Below, in pieces: positions 11,372 through 22,981 of a stretch of 61,895 nucleotides of DNA. The notes under the pieces are model-generated. The model had not been told where the DNA came from. It searched no databases and saw only the letters and a list, made by a program, of their open reading frames with translations. The stretch lies in NCBI GenBank assembly GCA_019828565.1, contig JAHDYR010000012.1, forward strand, positions 1,810,946 through 1,872,840. Reading direction: 5' to 3'. The DNA is from Carpediemonas membranifera BICM. Lineage: Eukaryota; Protista; Fornicata. Every line of letters begins with the position of its first letter. The first letter of the stretch is position 1. The translations under genes were made by a program, and so were the position numbers.

Positions 11372-14300
11372 CTACTCTCCTTCCTTCTCCTCGCCTCTCT
11401 TCCTTCTCAGGTCAGACCTGAAGTTATCCATCTTGGCTGCTAGGGTGAAGCTGAGGGCTTCGTTGGTTGCCGAGAGTCGGGCCGCGCGGCTGAGTAAGTC
11501 CTCGTTCTCTTCGGTTAGAGACGAGCACTTCTCCGTTGTCTTCCTGAGGTCCTTCCGCATCTCGTCCAACGCAGCTTGGGCTGCTCTCCGGGCTTCCCGT
11601 TCTTCCTCCAGCTCCTGGCTTTTGGCCTTGAGCTCGTTGATGGTTCTGGCTGCAGCTTCTTCCAGCTGTTGTCTGACCTCTGCTTCTCGCCGGGCCATGG
11701 CTTGGTCCAGCAGGGCCGCTATGCCTCTGCCCAGGTCGGTGTCCTCCTGTCGTGCTCTTTTGGGCTGCAGGTCCTCTTGGTCCACCTGTCTGACCTGGCG
11801 GGTCTTGGCTGATGGGTTGGGGGTATGGGGGGGGGCACAGCTCTTAGTTGGAGGGGGCCCGGGCTCTGTTCGCTCTGTCCTGCTACTTTGCGGTTGTTCA
11901 GTGACAATTTGCCCGCATGGAGGGCCATATAGGCCCCCTATGCCGCCATTCGGCAGGTAGACCTCCGTCCTCCTGTGGAGCATCTTGGCGAGTTCAGTAG
12001 CCCTTCGTCTCACCTTTGTTCGAAGCGCCTGCTTCCTCTCGGTCCTCAGTCTGTTCTTGGCGTTAGTGCTGGCGCCTTCCGGGAAAACACAGTTCAGCGT
12101 GTCCCATGGCTTCCCCCTTTTGGGTGTTCCACGCCTGAGCCCGCCAGGGCGAGTTTGCCTATCCAGGAGGCGCTCCTCAAGGTGCCCACTCGCCTCTTCC
12201 CTCTTTCTGCTGGTTCATCCGTGATACCCCCAGTCCCGGGGGAGGAACGAGGGGAGGAAGTTGATGGAGCCTGTCTCCGGGTCGACACACATGTTGGCCA
12301 GGAGTTCTCGATCGTCGGCTGGGACCTCCGTGAAGTAGTTGAAGATCTTCTTCCTGGCTTCTCTGCCCATGTGGCCTCCAGCTATGTCGAATTTGTGGAC
12401 GGGCATCAAAGACGCCGCTTGGGATAGGGTCATCGTTTTGGTGTCGCTGACGTCTAGAGTAAGCATCTTTTCCGCGTCTATTTCCGTGGGCTCCCCCTCA
12501 GGTTCGCCCAAGGGAAACCGTCTTGGACAGCGCGGCGGCGCCCGTTCCACTCCGAGTGGATTTCCAGGAGGATGGGTCGCGCTGGTTCACCTACTCTCGC
12601 GAGCGATTCTGGGTTTCCGATGATCACGGCTGTTCCTTCCAGGGCTCTGGTGATACCCTTTCCGGAGCTGAAATCGTTTTCCTCCCAGTTGGTCATGATA
12701 ATCTGGCCCCGTTTGGGGTTCTTGGTGCCAAAGAGGTTGACTTGTTGGGACAATGGGGTTAGGCGACCGGCCGCCACGGTGCCGAGGCCGTGTCTGGCGT
12801 TGACTTTGGTCGCCAGGTCCTTGTATTCATCATGGTACGGCGACTCCCTGCCCATGAGCATGCTTCCTAGGGCTGTGAGGTGGGCTTCTACCTGCCCCCA
12901 GTCCCAGCCTGGGTTGTCTCTCATCCAGAACGCTGTTGCTAGTCTGGCGTAGAATATGGAGACATCTGCTAGGGCGCAGTGGCAGTGGTGGGGTGCGTGC
13001 TTGTGATAGGGGCACACCAATTTTGCCTCCGGGCGCTGTTGGTACCTTCTGGTCCAGGTCCGGCCCAGTTCGGACTGGGGTCGGGAGGGGAGGCCGGTGA
13101 GGCTCTTCTCCCCACTATTGGGGTAGAACCAGGTCAGCGTGTCGAGGATGTTGGGGAAGATCGTGTTGAGGTCAGTTTCATCCATGAGGCGTAAGCTTAG
13201 CCAGGTGCGGAGGTTCCCGTCTGGGACGAACTTCTCACTGGTCAGGATGCTTCTCTCAGCCTCGACTCCCTTAGCCACGATGTGGACGTGGGTCTTCTGT
13301 GGCCCCGAGTCGTCTTCCAGTCTCTTCAGCTCTGTAGCCATCTCGGTGCACCATCGCTTGGCGTGGGGAAGTCTGCTTCGTATCCCTTGGGGGCTTTGCC
13401 CGTGGTGACGTCGACAAACGTAGCTGGTGGGCAGCCATGGATGTAGTGCGTGGCCCACAGACATTGGTCCAGGGCATCCACTGTGATGTCTTCCCCAAGC
13501 ATCCCGTGCATGTAGTAGAGGATTTGCTCGTTAGCTGGGTCGAAAATCAGTGCCGCCCCTTCGCAAATGATGGCCTCGTCTCCTTGGTTGGATCTGGCTC
13601 TTCCTTCCTCAAAAGTCCACCATAGCGATCAACTGCCTGGTGGTGTTGGCTCGTTGGGTGATATTGGAACGAGGCGGGCTAGCTCCCATGCTGGGCCCGC
13701 ATGTGCCCTTGTTTGGCGTGGTGGGTGTGTCATCAGGGCCGGAAGTCCTGCTGCCGCTCGGGCCCAGGGGGGTTTCTTCTTCGTTAGTACCCAGGGCTCC
13801 ATGAGATGCCCCGTCCCGTACGGGCTCTATAACTTGGGTCTGCCCCGTTGTGAGCCAGTAGTTAGTGATGTTGCGCGTCAGAAAGGAGGCAGACACCAGT
13901 TCGCGGGCAATCCTCGCGGGTGGGGGCCAGAGACGCCTGGTCTTATCCCATGCCGACCAGAGTTCGGGGAAGCCGGGGACTGACCACCGTTGGATGAGGT
14001 CTCTGACCTCCTCCCTCAGGTCTGCCTCTGCTGCCGAAGGCTCTTCTTCCAGGGGTGGGGGTGGGAAGACTGGCCTCATCACACCCTCGGTTCTGCTGTA
14101 GATGAGGATCTCCTCGACGGGGCCCTGGGTCCAGATCTGGATGGGCGTGCCGTCTGGTCTGCGGAAACCTCCCTCCGGGGGGTGAGGGGCGTGGTAGCCT
14201 TGCCCTTTGGCTAGTTCCCGGCCTAGGTCGGCCCAGAGCTTCTTGTTTTCGCGTCCTAGTGAGGGGGAGCCCTCTGGCTGCAGCTCCCGCGGAGATGGCG

Positions 14301-15221
14301 TGTCCGGCGGCATGGAGGAGCCACATTGCAGCCTCCATCCCGTACTTGGTCTGGATGCCGTTGCCTGAGATCGAAGAATGTCCTGCAGCTTGCAGCGATG
14401 TTGCCACGAGCTCTAGGAGGAGCGTCCTTGCGACCTTTCCCGTTCGGGCAGTGAAGTCCGTTGCGTCATCTCTGGTGAAGACCATGGCAACGTCCCTTGT
14501 GGGAATAGCCGCATCTGCTGAGGCTCTGATGCAGTCCCATTCGTCCGGTGTGGCCAGTTGCTTGCCCAGTGGCGTTAACGACTCCTTGATCCCATTTGGG
14601 GTGGTGTTTGCGCAATCCAAGGCGTCTGGGACGCTTTGGGAGCTGTTCGAGGTCATTGTGTGGCGTGGTCTCGAAAAGTCCCGGTTATGGATTCGGCCGA
14701 GATCAAGGCCCTCCTCCACGGGGAGAAGTGATGGGGTGTGTTGCTCACTAGCTGGTGCCGTCTGGCTCGTCCGGTGGGGATGTGCTACGTACTTGGAGTA
14801 GTCCGCCTGGACTCTGGGGTAGAACACAAATTTGGGGGACCCTGGGCGAAGCCGGCTTAGTGTCTCCGCCTGCTCTAGGTCCAGCCGGTTCCCTTCAATG
14901 AATAGCCAGTATGGCTGTTGGGCGGCTTTTGTGTACCGTCTCAGGAGGGGAAGTGATGCAAACAGCTTCTTGGCCCGGCTTTTCCGGAGCTCCCCTGGGC
15001 CTTCCTTTGCTGTAAAAGCTTCCCTGTTCTGGGTCTACAATCTTGTCGTATCCTATCGCGTTGCCGAGCTGGATAATGGACGTATTTGCTTTTTCCCTTC
15101 TGGTTTTCCTGAGATCCCTTCTGGGTGCAGCCTTAAGGGCGAATAAGCCATAAATCATGCTTTCTTCCCTATCTGGCATGTCCCTGTTGGGATATTCCCC
15201 TGTTTCCATTTGGAGTGGCAA
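11372..15221 (-). CDS. LINE-A ORF1 region: probably one long frameshifted ORF with a MAEL/NP-like nuclease domain and a C-terminal coiled coil
   Basis: Chain of abutting or overlapping minus-strand ORFs (15221-14895, 14827-13943, 14313-13609, 13511-13326, 13464-12478, 12550-12215, 12013-11372); the last is heptad-rich. Confidence 0.6.
12930..13635 (-). CDS. Maelstrom/arenavirus-nucleoprotein-like DEDDh Zn-binding nuclease domain within LINE-A ORF1
   Basis: Reconstructed across two frameshifts: IAMVDFE..ICEGAALI..ATHYIHGCP..IVAKGVEAERSIL..ILDTL..CPYH..HCALADVSIF. Motif order matches DxE, Zn-Glu, H, acidic, CxxH, HCALxD. Confidence 0.7.
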
Positions 15222-15400
15222 AAGGCGGGAAGTGCACTTTTGCCAGCTTCTTGGAGGGGCTTGAGGAGGTCTGGTGGAGGTTCCAAGGGGCGCCAGCCAG
15301 CGATGTCCTGGTCTTGTATGGCTCCTTTCCCTTCCTCAGGGCGGATGGTTCAGGGGCGAGGTATGCGAGGTTTGTTGCGGACCTTGTTTCCACACAAAAC

Positions 15401-16132
15401 ATGTCTGGCGAAAACCCAAAAGGGAACCTTATTGCAGGGACAGGGAGCATCGCCCCACACGGGGCTGCTGTCCCTTATTCCCCATGCGTCCGTTCCATCT
15501 CTCCTTCCACCTTCACGCCTCCTCCTGGCCATTCGGCCGGCGCCTCCGCTGCCCAGCGGTCCCCAGAGGGGGAGGTGCATTACCAGGGGTTATGCACTCC
15601 GATCCCTATCGAGTCCTTGGCCCGAGTACGGCCTGGACTCCGATTTCGGGGGCGCCGCCTCTTTCCCGGGAAGCAGGGCCCTCTTCGCACTCCGACGGGG
15701 GATCCCATATTCCCCTCCGGGCCCCAGGGTAGTCCCTTGCCTTGTGGCGGCAGGGGCTTCACCGCTCCTTCTCGGGAGTCCCCGACTCCTGGCCCGGCGA
15801 CTCCTCGGGGTTGGGAGGCGCATTTCCTGCGGACCATAGCTGACGATTTTGCCCAGGTGGACGTCCTGGCCAGCCGGTGGCGGGAGCGTGCCGCTGCCTT
15901 TTCCTACCTGGCTCAGAATTACCGTGACGAGGACCTGAGTCCCCACGAGTCTAAGTCGGCTCGGGGTTTCGACGCTGAGCTGAGGGGCCAAGTGCGGGTC
16001 TATAAGCGCCTTCGTGCTCGCATAGACGCCCGGCTGCACCAGCTGGTTGCCATTCACGCCCCTCGTCCTGTATCTTGTGGTCGCAGCCCGGTTGTTTCCT
16101 TCCTGGGTCGCGTCACTCCCAAGAGGTTGTGA
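15401..16132 (+). CDS. Antisense ORF in the 5' region of LINE-A (hypothetical)
   Basis: Open from 15215 (305 aa), first ATG at 15401; Pro-rich N-terminus and helical charged C-terminus. Confidence 0.35.
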   Translation: MSGENPKGNLIAGTGSIAPHGAAVPYSPCVRSISPSTFTPPPGHSAGASAAQRSPEGEVHYQGLCTPIPIESLARVRPGLRFRGRRLFPGKQGPLRTPTGDPIFPSGPQGSPLPCGGRGFTAPSRESPTPGPATPRGWEAHFLRTIADDFAQVDVLASRWRERAAAFSYLAQNYRDEDLSPHESKSARGFDAELRGQVRVYKRLRARIDARLHQLVAIHAPRPVSCGRSPVVSFLGRVTPKRL

Positions 16133-17127
16133 GTCCTGGTAAACACCGTGATGGTTTATGCCTTTTGGCTTCGGCTGGGCGTTTCTTGTGGGGCTGTGGA
16201 CGGGGCCCTCAGCGCTCCCGGTCTGTTGTCCGGTATGGCTGGTGTACTGGGGGCCTGTTGTGGTGGCCCTGTTGCCTATGCCGGCGGCGGGCGGCGATCC
16301 CGGCCCTCGTGGCGATGACGTCCACAAGCCCGGTCTTGGGCGGCATGAGAGCACGGGCGCCGGAGTAGTGTGGCCCAGTGGCCTCCCAGTGAGAGCCTAT
16401 TGGCCGCCGGTCCCGGTGCTCTCGGGTTAATTTGCCATATGGCCCCAGTTAAGTTGTCTGAGGCAATCGTGTCGCAGTGCCTCTGGGGCCTACTGCGGGT
16501 ACCGGTTACGGGTGGGGTTTCAATCATAAAGGTGGCGCAGTACGCTTGTTCGCGTTGATTTCCCTTGTGGGTTTGTGCGAGGAGCGTTTAGTTGCGTCTG
16601 GTCCCCTTGTGGGTCCCAGGAGCATGGGCGGTAGGTTTTGTTTGTTGTTAGAGTACTGTGTATTCTGTCAACGCTTTCCTACCGAGGCTAACTTATTCCC
16701 TTTTGGGTGGTTTTTGCCTCTGTGCATTTTTGGGCACACGAGGACGATCATCTGTTGCTCGACATAGCTTGGCGCACGGCGAGGTATACAGGGCAGGGGA
16801 GTGGGCTCCAGGTGAGGTGGTGCGCACCTCACCTGGAGCAGCCAGTTGTCCTCTGCCGGCCCGCTCTGGCGCTAACCTGCTTCGCAACGGGCGATCTCCT
16901 CCGGGGAGCAATTTGCTTCCCCAATGTGCCCTATGGCTAGTGGGTTAGGAGAATACTTCCCATTTCTGCTCTCGTACCCCAGAGCAGACGAACTCTTGGT
17001 CCTGAAATTACCATTTGGTGGATGCTGGCGCCGCGGGGCACCGTCGCTCGCTTCGAGCTCGAATAGCTTTCAATGAGATCCGATAAATCCCGATTGCCAG
17101 CTTTTGGCCTTTTTCCGGTTGGTTTCG

Positions 17128-17897
17128 TCAACTTCCCATACCGGACATTTCAACTGCCTTCTTCGCGACGTAGATCGCGTATCTATCGAAAATCGATAGA
17201 CGCACCTTAGACGGAGCATTCATAGCATCTTTCAAAGAGTTGATACTCATACGAAGTGTCTGAAGTGCAGTGGAATGCCTTATGAGCATTGGCGCATGCT
17301 CGAGGATCTGCGTCGCCGCCTTGATCTGGTGCTCTGTTAGAGCTCCTTTGCCAGTTAGTGAATAGCACGCACTCTGAAGGTTGAAGGGGATCGAGTTTGT
17401 GGCACATTTCACCTTTTCGTCAGACTGAAGCTCGAAATACTGTTTCCCAGCAGGGGACTGGGCCCATTCCTTCTCAACTGCCACAAAGGTGCGGGACTTC
17501 AGTGACTGAAGCGAGGACGAATAAATCCTTTCAGTCTGAAGTGAGTTAAGCGTGTAATACGCCATAAAAGCTTCCGCCGGTGAGGTATCGAGCTCTGTGG
17601 TCAGCATAGAGAAGTGTTGCAATACGTGGAGACGCCGAGGATGGTCTGTACGAGGGGAGAGATACTACAGCTGGAAACATACTGGATCGCACCCTTGGAG
17701 GTCTTGAAGGCTTCTCTGATCTCGAGATTGGGGAGCTTCGCCAGCTTCTCCACCACGGCTTGATCGATTGCATCCTCTGTTAGCTCCGGTGTCGCCAGGA
17801 GCAAGGCGTCGAGCTTTCTGGCTATCACAGCTGCGGATTCGTACCCAAATTTGCTCTTGAGGAATAGGATCTTGTGTCGGACGTGCAGTCTGTTCAT
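17128..17897 (-). pseudogene. Unknown gene X, split by a 64-bp piece of the transposase target DNA
   Basis: ORFs 17897-17601 and 17622-17128 join in frame as ..SKGAIQHFSMLTTELD.. when the transposase piece at ~17619-17682 is removed. Confidence 0.5.
17619..17682 (+). pseudogene. IS630/Tc1 transposase, middle fragment
   Basis: Encodes NTWRRRGWSVRGERYYSWKHT, the RxxGWSxRG motif that follows the first D; begins with the LINE TSD. Confidence 0.75.
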
Positions 17898-18061
17898 GAT
17901 GGCTTCAGCTGAAGCTACGCCCTCCTGGGCATCTTCGTAAATCTCCTGGAGGAAGTCCGCTTCCTTAGATCAAGAGAAAGATCAAGAACTGTGGCTTTTG
18001 CTGAACTGGTGGAACTGAATTTACTCCAAAAACCCGCAGTGGTAGAAATGGTCTAAACCCT

Positions 18062-18550
18062 ATACCTTAAACTGCGGTCACATCCACAGAACAATAATCG
18101 CCTTCATGAACAGAACAGGCGTCAAACAAGTTTACATCGGGGATGCAGGCGAGACCGTCGACGCAGGCATTTTTAACGCCTACCTCGATCGCTTTGACGA
18201 CTGGCACTGGTCTCTGACAGGCCTTCTTGATCATGCGGGAAGGCAAAGTCGGGTCCGGGGTCAGATACCAAGCAATCTTAAATTTCTTTCTTCTTTCTTT
18301 CTTTCTTTCCTTCTTGATCATGCACAATGCTCCAGTACACCGCTCGGGAAGCTCTGCAAAGTGTCGGGTGATCTGGCTCCCTCCATACGCCCCAATCCTG
18401 AACCCTTGTGAGAATTTCTTCTCATGGGTTAAGCGGGACATCGCTCACCAGCGCCGCCTTCCCGATCTGGGCATCCTCATCCGAACCTTTGCTCGCTGCC
18501 CCATCGCGCTTCCTACTGTCCTTTCCTGTGGCTACTGGTGGCTTCACTAA
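18062..18550 (+). pseudogene. IS630/Tc1 transposase, C-terminal DDE region, interrupted by a micro-retroposon
   Basis: TIIAFMNRTG..DAGIFNAYL..LIMHNAPVH (DNAxxH with D>H)..WLPPYAPILNPCENFFSWVKR. Confidence 0.8.
18237..18308 (+). mobile_element. Micro-retroposon (mini-SINE) copy A
   Basis: 72 bp; core CCGGGGTCAGATACCAAGCA; TAAATT plus (CTTT)n tail; 15-bp TSD CCTTCTTGATCATGC. Confidence 0.85.
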
Positions 18551-18648
18551 ACGTTTATTGGATCGATTCGTTATTGAAAGCAGTTACCAGACAGAAGAAC
18601 TCATCTTGTCTGGACCGCTTGATGAGAACACTGATCACAACTGTCTCA

Positions 18649-18709
18649 AAGAAAAGAATTAAATTTAGTTTGCTTGGTATCTGACCCCGGGCCCGACTAT
18701 TCCTCCCCA
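18649..18709 (-). mobile_element. Micro-retroposon copy B
   Basis: 61 bp; same core; 16-bp TSD GATCACAACTGTCTCA at 18633-18648 and 18710-18725. Confidence 0.85.
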
Positions 18710-21199
18710 GATCACAACTGTCTCAGTTGTGTCCTCCCTGGGCTGTCGTCTCATTGAGCGTCAGCTCCTGAGCTTTGAGAGGAGATCATGTCATTCTCAG
18801 CAGCAATCACCTCGTTCAGCTTCATCTCGCTGTACTTGTGGTGAGCTGCTTGTCTGCAAGCATCGCTGGCAGCCATTGCAAACGCGGCTACTTCTTCATG
18901 AAGCTGGATGTGAAAATCTAAATTCATGCTATTCCAAACAGCCTAATTTTATGCTATCGTCAGGCCAATTGCACTATTCGAAATTTAATGGGTAACAGGA
19001 AAGCTGACGTGTGGGCAGTCAGAGCAAGGGGGGATCATCCAAGTGGCGACTGGCAACTGCATAGTAGGTGTGCCAGGCTGAGAGAAGGTGGCAACTGCAA
19101 CAGACTTGACTGCATGGGTTCTAGGCAAAGTGGAAAGGTCGTTATTTGCAAAGCGGGGTGTGCGCAGAAGTAATGTTTGAGTCTCATCATCCGTTGAAAG
19201 CTTCCTAATGTCATTGAGGCCCTGGATTGTGAGTGCACTGATGACATCTGCAGACTGATCATATGGTTCACTGGTGCATGGGGGCATACACGACGTTAAC
19301 AACCATGCTGCACGCACGCAGCACACTGTCAGTAAACGCACCATATGCATCTACTATTCAGATCCAGAGCTCGGCCGGAGTCGCCTGCTCTGTCGCATCC
19401 AGACGAGGGTCGAGTTGGGTCGACCGAGCATCGAGGCGGGCGGAGGGCGCCGGACCGCGCGCTACCGGAATACGTGGAGTGAGTATCGCTCTGCTGATTC
19501 CAGGAGCGCGCTGTCCGCTCACATCCGATTTGTCATTTTGGGGGTCGCGCCACATCTCGACTCTGAAAGAACTGCGAGGGCAGGCCGGGAGGCCTTACAG
19601 CATAATCGGCCTGGGTCGGTCAGACTCTATGTCAACCCGGACTCCATCAGTCAACATGGCGCGTGAATGCATGCTTTGGAGCCCATTCCGAAGCTATATC
19701 GGCGATCAATTTGGTTGGTGACATGTTCATCTGCCCTTCGAAATCCTCTCGAGATTGCTAGTCCGAAGCTGAGCGATGCCGTTACCTCGACTACAACCAT
19801 CGAATCGCTGTCGCTCTGCCATAAAGCTTGTATAGCCCTCTAACATCTGGATCCGGGCCATTACCAGCGGGCGCACACTGGCAGTATGCGTTTGGAGTCG
19901 GCCCAAACTTCGATCTCGACCGACATCGAACATGGCGAATAGAGGTCGGAGAGGGCTGAAACTCACACCATTACACTGTACGAGAAGCTCATACAGGATG
20001 GCTGACCCATCTTAGTCTTTAAACTCCCAACCGTAATTTCTGGTGTCGCCGAAAATGACGACTCAGTTTGACTCGATCCACCCTCAGTCCGCACCCAGTG
20101 GCATCACCACAGCAAGAAGGCCTGGATAGAGTGCAATTGCCCCACCCGCAGCCTTGAACACAACGTCCACCAGACCACCGCCCTCGAGATGGCCGCGCAG
20201 AATACGCCATCATTTTTCTTAAGATCCTGGTTGACGCAAGCAAGGGCCTGGACACGAACTGGACCCCTGCATCGTTCACGTTTGATCATTATCTCACCTT
20301 GATTCAGGGCAACTTCAGAGTGAGGAGGAGCTTCAGGGCTGGTGGATCCGCTGGACCCCGTCCCAGACAGTCCCAGTAACCACCCAGTCGCCTGACCAGT
20401 GGGAGCCTTCTGGCTGACTCTGCCCAGTTCTTGGTCTGTAATATTTTTTCGCACATTCCTTCGCGAGCTCGAATAATCGTTCTCCAAGCACCTCTGCTGC
20501 TATATTTGTGTAGGATGCACATTTAAGACATATAGATCACGGTTCCTCGCTTTCGCTCTCTCAGTTTCGGTCACTTCTTCGTGCCGAACTAAACAACATC
20601 AATCAGGTGCTCCGACGGGACCCTGGAGCGGCAACAAGGTAAGTCCGCCACCATCAAATGATGTCAAAATCCTAGCTGTGCGCCACGGCGTCTTCGGACC
20701 CGTGGTATTGCATTGGCCTCTGGCCCTTGCTGCACACCGGGACATCCGCGCCACCTTACACGGCGCGGAACCCGGCTTCTAGCTAGGAGCGCGCGGGCGG
20801 TGTGTGACTGCGACAAGCTTGCCACAGGCCGCTGATTTGAGCTCGCAGGCGCTTCTGAACTCAGTCCAGAATCAGCGTTCAGCATGATTGTTTGTAGAGA
20901 GCTTTGCGGGTGAGTTCGTTCTGTAGCAGCTCGCCCTGTCTAGCGACTCCACAGCTCGCCGTGTTCGCGCTCCCTCTGCTGCGGGTGCTGCGCCCAGTGC
21001 GCGGGGGCGCGACCGCTTCCCAGTGTCCGTCGCTCGTTGACCTCGTGAAGCGCAGATATAATGTGCAGTCGCTGAAAGGGCGCCGTCGCTGTTCCTTCCG
21101 AGCCAGCCGAGGGCAGAGCTCCATGCCATGTGCCCTCGTACTCGACTGACGCTGTTGTTGTTATCGGCCAGCCCAACGAGCTGGAGCTGTAGTGTTCAG

Positions 21200-22790
21200 T
21201 AAAATACACCACAGCTGCTACAAACTTCTTCATAAAGCAAAGTACCTCCGGGAGCATGGCCTGGAGCATGCCCCTCCCCTGGGCCGTGAGCCCGTTGGCG
21301 TGCGGTGCACGCCGACCAGTCGCCGCCTCAGCAAGTGGTATGGTCTGGGCCGGGGGTTCTACAAGCGGTCGCGTGCAGATGACCCTGTCCGGGGCGCCCT
21401 CTCTGTGCTTCTTCCAGGCATCCTGGCCGCGGCGTCTAAACCACGCGTGGCAGAGGTGGCACACGCGCGGCAGGTTGCGCTCACGGATATACCGCGCCAC
21501 GGTCTCGTCGATCGTCCGGCCAGACATCACCAGCTTCTCTTTCACAAGGTCGTGTGTCCGCTGGTCATCGGCTTGGTCAGCCGGGATGTCCACCTCCTGG
21601 GTGAAACGTAGGAAGTCGGCTCGTGTGCGCGGGGCGATCTGACTCTGTGTAGGGGCCGGTGGTTCCGAGTCTATGACTGTGGCGTCGGAGTCCTCTGCGT
21701 CGGCCTCGGCGAGGATGCCAATCTCTGACCACCCGTCCTGCCAGTCAGTGGGCGGCGTTCCGAGGTCCTCCCACTCCTCAGCCTCGCCCCCGGCGAACTC
21801 CTGACTGTCCATCAGGCCTGACATGCCACTGGGGTCGACCGAAGGTGGTGCTGTAAGCTGTCCTCGGAGCTCTTCACGTTCCGATTTTTCTCGCTGCTCG
21901 CGCATGAGGTGACCTCCTGTGCGAAGTCGTCCTCACCCTCGTCCCCATAGCCCGGGGGTGACGCGGGTGTCAGCAGGGGGACTGCGTCGGGCCCCGACTC
22001 TTCACCCTCTCCCCCACCGGATGCGGCTGTCTCGCCACGTGACCGCGCCTGAGTCGTCGTCGGAGCCTGGACCGGAGGCTGCGCGGGGGCTTGCGCCTGG
22101 ATCTGTCCCTTCTCCGGGGGCGTCCATGGCGGTATGTAGTGATCACCGCATCTGCGGGGGCAGCGGGGGTGTCTCGAGTGCCGCCTGCGATGTGAGCCTC
22201 CGCTCTGGCTGCGGGGCGGTCCTGTGTGCCGCCTGCGGAGATGTCCCACGCACCGCTTGCTGTGCGGGTGGCCCGCGCACTAGCTGCGGGGTGAGTGCTG
22301 GTGTCAGGGCGGGTGACTGTGCCAGAGTTGGAGTTCCAGGCGCTGGGGCACTCGTTGCGCGAGGCTGTGGCGGGCTTGGTCATGGCCACGGTGGAGGGCA
22401 CACCCAGACCGGGTGACCGGGCAGTGTGATGCCGGGTGGGCGAGCCGGGGCGTGTGGGCATTCGGTCTGGACCGAGGCAGATGATGATAACCGAGACATA
22501 GAACAATCCTTGGGTTTTACAGTTGAGTTCTGCCCCTTGTTCCTGTTCTTGCCCTTGTTCTTCCTGCCTCTGCATTGTGCAACCTGCTTGTTGAGGGCGG
22601 TGTTCTTGGCCTTAAACGCGGCGATTTGGGCATAGTAGCGCTTCTCGGGGGCCTGGAGGGCGGCGTTCTCAGCAGGGTCCTCGGGCTGCGCCATGGCAGG
22701 TCTCAGCTGATCTACCCGGTCGCGAGTCGTGGAGTCGTGGTGGGATGGGTGTCGTCCGTGAATTTTTTTTTCGGTGTTCAATATTAGCAG
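21200..22790 (-). pseudogene. Probable 5' part of an RLE-type (CRE/R2-like) non-LTR ORF
   Basis: Frameshifted chain of ORFs: coiled coil, Pro/Ala-rich linker, acidic tract, CHLC..H zinc-finger-like motif; same strand as the CRE-type RT at 24.1-24.8 kb. Confidence 0.35.
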
Positions 22791-22981
22791 AATCTCAATT
22801 CAGAGCGCCACAAACTCACGGCGGGGCGATAGCTGGGCACATGACGCACGATGTACTCCTCAACTGGGTCCGGTGATCGCTGAGTGCCAAGTCTTGTGAT
22901 GACTCGACAAACTCGAAGACGACCAGACGAAGTTTGAACGTCCGTCAATACAGGAAGAACAGAGCTTGAAACATTGTACCC

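Larger units (their letters stand above)
1945..17618 (-). mobile_element. Long APE-RT non-LTR retrotransposon (LINE-A) insertion, about 11.2 kb once the nested LTR element is removed
   Basis: (TTTA)n-type tail at 1945-1960; 21-bp TSD GCAATACGTGGAGACGCCGAG at 1924-1944 and 17619-17639; APE, RT and C-terminal CCHC ORFs inside. Confidence 0.85.

Noticed and set aside
1-20600. Fanzor/TnpB nuclease associated with the IS630/Tc1 transposase
   Set aside because: No RuvC-type motifs or terminal CxxC..RDxN pattern seen in neighbouring ORFs.
18730-21200. Short ORFs between the transposase end and the CRE-like region
   Set aside because: Fragmentary, with no recognisable motifs, so no call can be supported.
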